Of a stretch of DNA of 33,000 nt, positions 22,411-32,197 are shown piece by piece (positions within the stretch are counted from its first letter, which is position 1; each line of letters begins with the position of its first letter). Under the pieces are notes generated by a model. That model was not told the DNA's origin. It did not search any database and worked only from the letters and a program-made list of their open reading frames with translations. Both the position numbers and the translations under genes were made by a program. The DNA comes from Octopus sinensis (Eukaryota), in NCBI RefSeq assembly GCF_006345805.1, contig NC_043012.1, positions 36,580,001 through 36,613,000 on the forward strand, given 5' to 3'.

Positions 22411-24380
22411 CGTGGTAGCGGAAGATTCAGTATCCAGAAGTAGACATTGTATAAAAGAGGAAGAGAGAGAGTAGAAGGGAAGGATTAAGTGGGAGTATGA
22501 GCGAACTCCACGTCCCTCCTACCACTACACTACGCTAAACCACAAGGAAGCCTCTACATGGTCTATCAGCCTGCTAGAAACAACAGCCAATTTCCCGCGA
22601 TCATATCTTGATGTTATAAAAAAAATCCGAAAATAATGCGATGGTCGTATTTGGAACATCTTTGATCATAGACCTGCTCATCAAGGTTTGCCTTGGGCTG
22701 AACAATACTAAGGATTTCGCCACAATATTTCACTACAACTACCAACAATATAATCCAAATATTACTTAGCACCTGCCAAGGACTAAATCTATTCACCTTA
22801 TTGAGGAATATCTTGAAATAACATTAGAATCGTTTGTTTGTTTCTCTTTTATTTTATTTAATGTTCCAGTTCAGTGTTTTGTGCGGATAATTCTGTAAAA
22901 ATCGATTTTGATTTCATTAAAATTGGATGTCCCACCGAACACTCTCCTCTCTTCGTTCATTAGACAACAACCGAGGGATTTCTGTGGGTTTTGACGAATC
23001 CACCCGAAAGCTGAGACGTGTAACCGATCCGTATTTTTAGTGTGACTAACCCCACTTTCAAACTCCCTTTTATACACTTTAAAATCGGTGTCACACGAGC
23101 ACGTGTATTTAACAGAATTTGCTTTATGTAAGGCCCAAAGGGACCACAGGTAAGTCCTAAATTAACGACGGAATGACAAAAAAATAATAATTTCCAATGA
23201 ACATTTTCTTTATATGCTTTGAAAATGGGGTCACAAGAACCCCATGTAGTTGATAGAACTGCTCTATGTAGCAACTTAAGGCAAGATCTAAGTGAACGAC
23301 AGAGTACCCCACAAAAAGGGGCGGGGGGCATGAGACCAGTTTAGCAAACTCGGCCTTCAATAGAAGGAACATATTTTCAAACCTCTGCTGTGACACCTTT
23401 ATCTATATTGATTAGATTTTTTATCTCTTTTTTCGTTTCAAATAGATTCTTCCGTGTGTTTTCTAAGGTATCGTTTAAGAAGAGAGAGTGTGTATGTGTC
23501 GGTTGGGGCGAGCTGAGTTCCAATGGGCAAACAGATCTATAATTAAAGGTTTTCCTGCTCTGACCATCTCGCTTTGTTTGCAGGAATAGCGTATCTAGGA
23601 CTACATTATTCAATGTCTTTACCTCTTTTTTTTCTTTTCTTTTATTGCAAAGATGTTTGGGTGTAAAATGAGATATTTTGCTCCTACTTCGGCCGAATGA
23701 CTCCACAGAGAGGCAACCAAGTGAGATTGAAGTTAGCTTCGATTATTGCTGACAGATGGGAAAATGGTTCGGAGGAAGAATGCGAGCAAATTCAAAGAAG
23801 CAACTAGTTTAGTCGGTAGTGATTTTTATCGTCGTTTAGCTTCAGGTTAGCCCTTGCTCGAACAGAACCCACAATCACAGACGTTCCAGATATGGCTATC
23901 ACATCTTTTGGTATATTTATTATATTTTTTTATCTTTTACTTGTTTCAGTCATTAGACTGCGGCCATGCTGGGACACCACCTTGACATTGTTGAATGTAT
24001 CTTTGCATTTTCAAGACAGTCGTGTACGATTTGAGAGAAATTTGACTGCGATATCTAGTAGGTCGAACAACTATGTTGAAGATCCTTCGTAATGGTAGAT
24101 GTATCTACCAGGTAGGTAGACAGCTTTTTCTTGGATATTACCCCGTTTGCGATAAAAACCGTTGTTAAACTAACCGGTTCCTCTTCTATTCCACTCCATC
24201 ATATAACATTTTGCATATGGCTGAGTGGTTAAAGAGGTTTGCTTCGTGACTATGTTAACTTCCGTGTTCTATCCCTTTGCACGCACTTTGGGCGGATGCT
24301 TTTTTTTTTTATTATGGCCTTGAGTTGAACAATAAACACCTAGTGATTGAAATTTGCTAAATAAAACTGTAGGCACCTGC

Positions 24381-24382
<2 letters not shown>

Positions 24383-24450
<68 letters not shown>

Positions 24451-24580
24451 ATATATGTGTGTGTGTGTGTGTATATATATGTGTGTGTGTGTATATATAT
24501 ATATGTGTGTGTGTGTATATATATGTGTGTGTGTGTGCGTGTATATATATATGCGTGTATATATATATATATATATGTAT
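24383..24580. repeat. Compound (TA)n(TG)n microsatellite
   Basis: Seen directly. Confidence 0.95.
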
Positions 24581-24584
24581 ATAC

Positions 24585-24730
24585 ATGCTTTTACTAAAGC
24601 TGCAAAATTATCACAAAAACTGCTGTTACTCAGAGTTTCACGTTTCCGCTCGTCGGACAGTTGTGACGAACGGGAACGTGAAACTCTGAGTAACAGTTCT
24701 GTGATAATTATGCAGCTTTTATAAAAGCAT
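24585..24730. mobile_element. 146-bp hairpin MITE (whole-length inverted repeat)
   Basis: ATGCTTTT...AAAAGCAT termini; ~65-bp arms including a perfect 22-bp CTGTTACTCAGAGTTTCACGTT / AACGTGAAACTCTGAGTAACAG. Confidence 0.85.
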
Positions 24731-25094
24731 ATTACTCTACCGTTGGTATTCGAGTACTATCTTTTCGCCCGTGTTTTTCACTGAAGTGATAGCCTTTGTG
24801 TGTGTGTGTATATATATATGTATGTATGTATATATATGCTTGCCTAACACAAGTGTTGTTTTTTATGTTGCAATATACCCGCGAAACGTAGCAGCATGAA
24901 TAGATAACAATAAATATTGAAGATATATGGTCGACTAACAATGTAAGTGATAGTGGTACACCAGTATGACGCCTTGTTGAGGTAACTTTAGGACGACAAT
25001 GCTTGGGAACTACTGGTTTTGATAATATTACCTGTGATTATAATAAGCGGCTCCCACTGTGTGAGGAGTACACACACAAGCTCGGTTGTGATTT

Positions 25095-25485
25095 GGAGTT
25101 TTCATTGCATGGCACCTCGGAAAGTGACTTCTCCTCTGGCCCTGGGCTGACCAATGCCTTGTAAGGAAATATTTGGCTGATGGAAACTGTGTGGAAAGCC
25201 GTCATGTGTGTGTGTGTATCTCTGTCCCAACCCATTGCTTGACAACCAGTGTTGGTTTGTTTACGTCCTTGTGACATAGTGGCTTGGCAAGAGGGTGGAG
25301 GTAAAGAATACGTACACCACTCATTTTCGGCGTAACAAAATCCCTAATCCTAAACACCGGGTGTGCTTATTTACTTTTGCTGACAAGAGACCCACAGAAT
25401 AAGTACTTGTGGTCGATTTGTTCGACTAAACCCTTCAAGACGGGTTCCAGCATGGCCACAGTACAATGACTAAAGCAAGTTACTC
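25095..25485 (+). mobile_element. Diverged family 1-related SINE
   Basis: GGCTGACCAATGCCTTGT...GATGGAAACTG and GGTCGATTTGTTCGACTAAA...CAGCATGGCCACAG tail motifs. Confidence 0.7.
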
Positions 25486-25663
25486 GCAACCTCTAACTTT
25501 CTGCTTTAAACATCCTCGCCAGCAGCGATATATCGATGCTGTTCTGTCCTATACTACGATATTAATATCTCCAGAATCCATACACCTGATCAATATCACC
25601 TCACCTGTCACCTGATTCGCTACTTAAAATGTCACAATCAAAATATAAGAATCCATTACTCAC

Positions 25664-25708
25664 TTTTGGAGTCACTGGCTTCGAAGGACCCGACTGGGGG
25701 GCTGCCAT
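25664..25708 (-). CDS. Candidate first coding exon (MAAPQSGPSKPVTPK), or internal exon 25664-25711 (GDGSPPVGSFEASDSK in the phase 1 frame)
   Basis: TATTTCAG acceptor at 25712, strong AAAA/GTGAGT donor, and ATG in a good Kozak context (GTGATGG). It sits at the edge of a CpG-retaining domain. Confidence 0.5.
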
Positions 25709-26620
25709 CACCTGAAATAGTTTTTAAATTATACTTTTGAAGAAATCTTTTCAGAAATTTAAATAAATGTTTCGGAATAAAGTTATGTGGTGTGTGTGTA
25801 CATGCATGTATATTTACATACATACATAAATGAATATATAAATTGTTAGTTATCCATACAAGTAGTTGTAGAGAAGAAATAAATGGAGTTGAAAATGTAC
25901 AGAGTGTATACAGATTTATTTAAATTTAAAATAAATGCATTTGATTGGGGTTTCACATAAATATGTACACACATGGCTGTATACATACACACACAATGGA
26001 ATGCTTCTGATAAAGATGACATTAACCAGGTGATGTATTATGAAAAGTGGTCCCAATAAGTGTGTGTGTGTGTGTGTATATATATATACACACACACATA
26101 TATATGTTTATATTTTATCTTTTACTTATTTCAGTCAGACTGAAGGGTTTAATCCGGTACTTATTCTTACAGTCTTTTGCCAAACTTCTAAGCTATGGAA
26201 ACGTAAACAAACCAACACAGCTAAATCGAAAGGAATGGCAGCTAAATCTTGTTTAATTACCACCCTAACATCTTAGATACTAAGGTATAAAAGATTGGAT
26301 TTCAAAAGTCTAACACATTCTCTAAAAGAGCAGATGGCCCCGGCTGAAGCATCTGTGGTTTATATGGCTACTTGAAGAGGTTTAGCTTACACTAAACAAA
26401 AACAACATAAAAATATTTTGTAAAAAAATACAAAAGGACCGCTTGGACATGTACAGACACATCAAGAAATACATTAGTAGTCTTTCACTACAACATTCAT
26501 ATCAAACACATAATCTGCCTCAATCTCTCTCTCATATATATATATATACATATATATATATACATATATAGATATATATACATACATACCACGGATGTCT
26601 TGTAATTGTCACAGGTGTAT

Positions 26621-27200
26621 TTAACTCCTTTGCATTTAAACTGGCCATACCCAGCCCAAATATTCTACCAGTTTCATGTTTAAATCAGTGGAATCTGGCT
26701 TCTCACACCTACCCTACAATATATTATTCTAAAACTATACAATCACATCATTGAAATCTCAAAGCTACAAGATAATGCACGATTATTTCAAAACAATGTA
26801 AAGAAATAAGCATTACATTTCATCATCATCATCATCGTTTAACGTCCGTTCTCCATGCTAGCATGGGTTGGACGGTTCGACCGGGGATCTGGGAAGCCAG
26901 AAGGCTGCACCAGGCTCCGGTCTTATCTGGCAATGTTTCTACAGCTGGATGCCCTTCCTAACGCCAACCACTCCGTGAGTGTAGTGGGTGCTTTTTACGT
27001 GCCACCTGCACTGGTGCCAGGCGAGGCTGGCATTGGCCACGGTCGGATTGGTGCATTTTACGTGCCACCTGCACGGAAGCCAGTCGAGGCGGCACTGGCT
27101 TCAGCCACGATTCGGATGGTGCTTTTTACGTGCCACTGACACAGAAGCCAGTCGAGGCGGCGCTGGCCATGACAAACTAATCTGAATGCTAAAAGGTTAA
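26621..27200. mobile_element. TTAA-flanked MITE interrupted by a family 3 element
   Basis: Termini TTAACTCCTTTGCATTT / AATGCTAAAAGGTTAA. The uninterrupted junction CATTACATTTGA is visible in the 16990-17117 copy. Confidence 0.8.
26821..27170 (-). mobile_element. Family 3 RTE-related element (young, CpG-intact), second monomer subtype
   Basis: (CAT)n tail at 26821, core, and three GGTGC.TTTTACGTGCCAC monomer junctions. Confidence 0.85.
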
Positions 27201-28128
27201 ACTGCGCTGGGTAACCAACACCCTTACTTACAAAATGTCAAAGACGAGATGTTGGCAGATTCAGTCCCAGGGAGCAATATGCTGGGCAAGTTCTATTGTG
27301 AACCCAAACAAACAAAAGTCTTGTGAATGGATTTGGTAGAGTGAAAGCAGGCTATCGTATGTGTTTGTATGTCCTTGTCTTTACACAGCATGGTAACTGT
27401 AGACAAATGGCATTGACAGTTTGGGATCGCCATCATCGTCCTTCAACATCTGTTTTCCATGTTGGCATGGGTTGGACAGTTTCACTAGAATTGGCAAGCA
27501 TGAGAGCTACACCAGGTTCTAGTCTGATTTAGCTTCTATGGCCAGATGTCCACCACTTTGCAGAGGTGTCCTGGGTGCTTTGAATGTGGCATGGAAACAT
27601 GTGTGGCCATTGTGGCTGTTTGTATTCAAAGATCAGGAACGGAATTATTTCCTTATTTGGAAACAGGTGAAAGGTGGTGACAAGAAAATCTTTGGGCCCT
27701 AGAAAAGATCTGTGTTGATGAAATTTGTTTAACCCATGCAAATATTTAAAAGTAGTCCATAAGACCATAATGGTGATGCTGATGACATCTTTAATCTGTA
27801 TACCACATCTAATGTAACTTTAAGGTAGAGCTGAACTGAAGAAGCCAAGTGTCTCACATTTACATATATGTAAGAACCACTGAGTGGAAATACAAACATA
27901 GCAAATCAAACTATTTCTCCGGAGAATGAGAAACGTGATGAACGACCTTATGAGGTGTCCACATCATTTGTCAAGTCCCAGAGAAACAAGCTGCCAGTCT
28001 GCTTGTATACAGGAGTTACACAGAACTGGATCTGCTAACATTTAACTCTTTATTTATTATCAGCAGACGGTCAACCGGGATCTCAGTCCACACAGTATCA
28101 AGGGATGATATAGTATATTGGTCACATG

Positions 28129-28330
28129 AGGTGGCGAGCTGGCAGAAACGTTAGCACACCAGGCAAAATACTTTGCAGTATTTCATCTGTCTTTACGTTC
28201 TGAGTTCAACTTTGCCTTTCATCCTTTCGGGGTCAATAAATTAAATACCAGTTGTATACTGGGGTCAATCTAATCGACTGGCCCCCTTCCCAAAAATTCT
28301 GGGCCTTGTGTCCAGAGTAGAAAAGAATAT
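28129..28330 (+). mobile_element. Family 2 SINE (further copies ~29680-29890 and ~30538-30760, plus strand)
   Basis: GGTGGCGAGCTGGCAGAAACGTTAGCAC head, CTTTGCCTTTCATCCTTTCGGGGTC core, AGAGTAGAAAAGAATAT tail. Confidence 0.9.
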
Positions 28331-28739
28331 ATATAAACTTGTGTAGCAGACTTACAAACGTGGTTTTGAACCTTGTTGTATTCTCATCAGAGATCTCCAC
28401 ATCATTTGACCAATTCCAGAGAAACAAGCAGCCAAATCTGTTTATATACTCATCAAGTCCAGTTGCTTAAGAGAAATGGGGCTTCTAATTTGCATATCAT
28501 TAAGTATTTAACACTTTATTCAATATCAATGGCCCATGGTGTTACCAACAAAATGATATTTACTCTAATACTAATAACCCTATTGTTACAGAGGAAGCAT
28601 TTCAAAGAATTAAAGGGTTAGCAGGGATTCTTTAGTCCTGCCAGATAATCTCTCGTCCCAGTGAAATGATACAATATATCCATCTTAATAAATTTTATCA
28701 GTTAGTGATAGGGAAGTCAACCAGACACAAAAACTGTTC

Positions 28740-28960
28740 CGGAAAGGAAAAGGAAGCAGAACAAGAGGTGATTTGGATCCTACAATCTATGCAGGTGAGA
28801 AATATCTCTTTACAAAGTGTGATGCAAGGTAGAAGGAACTTGTTAATTGTGGTGGCCCAAAAAATCTCTGATGAAGGTGGTATGATAAAATGCACCCAGC
28901 TCTAAATTGGTTGATGATAAGAAGATGGTGCCCAGCCATGAAAAACCCTACCATAAAATA
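28740..28960 (+). mobile_element. Highly decayed RTE LINE ORF C-terminus / 3' end
   Basis: KR*FG resembles R-W-FG, and GAAGGAACTTG...GGCCCAAAAAATCTCTGATGAAGGTGG resembles the EGTCGRGRPRKTWDEVV region. Followed by an AAGATGGTGCCCAGCCATGAAAAACCC family 3-like end. Confidence 0.5.
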
Positions 28961-29279
28961 TGGCACACATAATAGCAAAGATTGATGGATTTCCTCTGTT
29001 GTTACGTATGTGTTACTGAAGGACAGCAACATGCAGAGAGATGCTGAGTTAAAACTGACTCATCCAGTCTCTACAAACATGGAAAACGGACGTAAAACAA
29101 TTATGATGATTTGTCCCAAAACCAGGATAATCAATAATACGTTTTTCTGGCAGACCAAAAATATACACTGACCACATCTGCCACGCTGACCGTCTTCTTT
29201 TACTAATCAACCCTATTACATCACACTGCAAGTCCTCACCACCCCAATACACAACCTGGCTTCACGACTAAATCTATCA

Positions 29280-29520
29280 CTGCAGGTTTTTCACAATTAC
29301 TCTCCACCCACACACTTCTGATTTCCTAATATAGACCATGTCTTCCCGACCATCCAACACCACCCCACAACATGTACTCAATACTACGTGTACATCACCA
29401 CACCTGCTCTCACACCCACACCACACCATCAGACATGTCCTTACTACCATAACACACCACGAAATGTATTCACCACCACCACCACCACATCACATACTGT
29501 ACACTTTTAGACCAAACTGA
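29280..29520. repeat. CA-rich degenerate tandem repeat (CACCAC/CACATC units)
   Basis: Seen directly. Confidence 0.65.
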
Positions 29521-29932
29521 AACCCAACATATTCCATAACAGAAGTTATGGGTTTGTTCTAATTATTCCGTTAATCATACAGCTGTTACTAATGAGCTGA
29601 CAAAATTTTCATCAAATTCTATCATATACTTCAGTGTAAACGAACAGTTATGAAATCTTAACATAAACAGTCCAGGCAGCAAGCTGGGCAGAAGCATTAG
29701 CAGCACATTGGGGGGAAAAGCTTGGCTGCATTTTATCGGTCTTTACATTCTGAGTTCAAATTCCACCAACTTCAAATTTACCTTTTGGGGTTGATAACAT
29801 CAGGACCAGTTGAGCACTGGGGTCAATGTAATCGACTTAGCCCCTCCTCTGAAATTATTGACCTTGGGCCAAAATTCGAGACCAATATAAACAGTCTTGG
29901 CTGCCACTGTATAAAAGTTCTACTTGTGATAC

Positions 29933-30034
29933 CGGTCAGAAATTGTCTGTAAATTGTGCTAAAATTATTTTCCAGTATCTTATATTTTCTAGCCTCACAA
30001 ACAACCATCACAGATTTCCCAAAAATCCTTTTTG
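29933..30034 (-). CDS. Candidate 102-nt exon (KRIFGKSVMVVCEARKYKILENNFSTIYRQFLT, phase 1-1)
   Basis: Pyrimidine-rich ...CCAAACAG acceptor and ACCG/GTATCA donor; single open frame. Confidence 0.55.
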
Positions 30035-30432
30035 CTGTTTGGAGGATATGAGAAATACCAGAAAAATTTGGTAAAATAGACACAAAATAGTAAACATTTA
30101 TGACATCTTAATGTAAACGAGTTTATGTAATTGCAGCACAATGAAGAAGCAAAGAAAACATTACATTATTTTGTAATAAATAGGTATGTTTCTAAATTAA
30201 CAGAACTAAATTTGTGTGCTAACATATATACAAGCCTATATTTATCAATCTGCCTCTCTCTATGATCCGGTACTTGAAAAGTTGATAGGGTTTATGTTGT
30301 AATCCAACGCCAGACTGTTGTAACGTCCACTCCAGTATAGCAGTATAGTTAGACAAGTAAAGACAAAACTATGACCGACTTCTCGACAACTTGACTTCCT
30401 ACATTACAGTATTTGTAATGACTAGCACATAC

Positions 30433-30507
30433 CACTCGTCGCATGGGAGGGGCGTCCCATTGTTATTATTATCCCCATAACAGTTTACCAAGAGGAAGTG
30501 TATCTGA
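30433..30507 (-). CDS. Candidate 75-nt exon (QIHFLLVNCYGDNNNNGTPLPCDE, phase 2-2)
   Basis: TTATTTCAG acceptor, strong GTG/GTATGT donor, open frame, CpG-containing unique sequence. Confidence 0.55.
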
Positions 30508-30835
30508 CTGAAATAATGTCTTGATATTACATATGTTTAAGGCAATGAGATGGCAGAATCATTAGCACATTAGGATAAAAACTTAGCAACATTTCATCTG
30601 TCCTCATATTCTGAGTTCAAATTCCGCCGAGGTCAACTTTACCTTTCATCCATCTGAGGTCAATAAGATAAGAACCAGTTAAGCATTGGGGTTGATGTAA
30701 TCGGCTTATCCCTTCCCCCATATTTGCTGGCCTTGTGCTAAAATATGGAACTAATATTACATTTGTCTAACCCATGCTAGCATAAAAAACAAATGTAAAG
30801 GCAAATCAATATCTCTGTTTGAGTGCCTTTATGTA

Positions 30836-30868
<33 letters not shown>

Positions 30869-31045
30869 CATCATCATCATCGTTTAATGTCCATTTTCCT
30901 CGCTAGCACGGGTTGGACGGTTCAACCGGGGTCTGGGAAGCCAGGGGCTGCACCAGGCTGATCTGGCAGAGTTTCTACAGCTGGATGCCCTTCCTAACGC
31001 CAACCACTCTGTGAGTGTAGTGGGTGCTTTTTACGTGCCACCTGC
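30869..31045 (-). mobile_element. Family 3 element, 5'-truncated
   Basis: (CAT)n tail + core, ending at the first monomer. Confidence 0.85.
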
Positions 31046-31059
31046 ACGTATATATATAT

Positions 31060-31342
31060 ATATATAAAATTGCTCAGTCTCACGGTGATAAGAGGTTTGA
31101 TTCTCACAACCACATAGTTCTTGGTTCAATCACACCTTCAGCAAGAGCAAGTGTCTTCTACAATAGCCCCAAGCCAACTAAAAATCTTGTGAGTGGATAT
31201 GGTAGATGGAAACATGAAGAATCCCGTCATATATATATATATACTGGAGCCTAGTGCAGCCTCCTGGCTTCCCAGACCCCAGTTGACACGTCCAACCCAT
31301 GCCAGCATGGAAAATGGACATTAAAAGATGATGATGACGATG
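31060..31342 (+). mobile_element. Decayed family 1 SINE head (31060-31230) followed by a family 3 3' fragment (31248-31342)
   Basis: CAAGTGTCTTCTACAATAGCCCC...GGTAGATGGAAAC, then CCAACCCATGCCAGCATGGAAAATGGACATTAAAAGATGATGATG. Confidence 0.8.
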
Positions 31343-31652
31343 TGTGTGTGTTTGTCTCCTTGACACGATAGTTGTGAGTGTAGCTGTTGTACAAACAGGA
31401 TCTTTCATTTACAATATTTTGTGCAGACATGTCTGGCTACAGAGAAATGTTACCTTGCTTAAAAATAGGTGAGGGTTGGTGACGGGTGGGGCAACAAGCC
31501 ATAGAAAATATGCCTCAATAAACCATATCCAACCCATGCAAGCAGGGAAAAGTGAACAGTAAAATGAGGATTCACACACATAGTTTTATCTGATTTGCTT
31601 GATGTACAATAATAAGGATAATAGTAATATTTATATCTGTTTGTTTTGATAA

Positions 31653-32120
31653 TCATCATCATCGTTTAACGTCTGCTTTCCATGCTTAGCATGGGTTGGA
31701 CGATTTTGACTGAGGGCGGGCAAATCAGATGGCTGCACCAGGCTCCAATCTTGATCTGGCAGAGTTTCTACAGCTGGATGCCCTTCCTAACACCAACCAC
31801 TCCGAGAGTGTAGTGGGTGCTTTTTACGAGCCACCAACATGGGGGCCAGTCAGGCGGTACTGGCAATGACCTCGCTTGAATCTTTTTACACATGCCACCG
31901 GCACAGGTGCCAGTAAGGTGATGTTGGTAACGATCACGCTCAAATGGTGTCATTTTACGTGCCACTGGCACGGAAGTCAGTTGGCTGCTCTGGCAACAAT
32001 CATGCTCAGATGGTGCTTTTGGCACCCTACTAGCACGGGCACAAGTGCCAGTAAGGCAACGCTGGTAATGATCATGCTTGAATGGTGCCCTTTAAGTCCC
32101 ACTGGCGCGGAAGCCGGGCA
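31653..32120 (-). mobile_element. Family 3 element with a long monomer array (same subtype as 12052-12520)
   Basis: Monomer order and sequence match the 12052 copy. Confidence 0.85.
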
Positions 32121-32145
32121 ATAATAAGATTGGAAAAAAATCAAC

Positions 32146-32197
32146 CTTGCTTCAAAAAGATTTTTGACCTCAGATAGCACATAAACAAATTTCATTC
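32146..32197 (-). CDS. Weak candidate exon (MKFVYVLSEVKNLFEA, phase 1-2)
   Basis: Joins in phase to 30433-30507; splice sites are mediocre (TAATGCAG; AAG/GTTGAT). Confidence 0.25.

Noticed and set aside
23377-23706. 109-aa minus-strand ORF with an apparent GAG/GTAAAG donor
   Set aside because: Largely a family 5 repeat (GAATAATGTAGTCCTAGATAC motif).
27529-27768. 79-aa minus-strand ORF
   Set aside because: Overlaps repeat sequence also present near 31440-31510 (CCTT…TTGGAAACAGGTGA motif) and a decayed family 3 copy.
28702-28794. Convincing-looking plus-strand exon (SDREVNQTQKLFRKGKGSRTRGDLDPTIYA, CAG/GTGAGA)
   Set aside because: Another frame and the downstream DNA fit a decayed RTE ORF C-terminus. 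It also conflicts with the neighbouring minus-strand exon candidates. Rejected with moderate certainty only.
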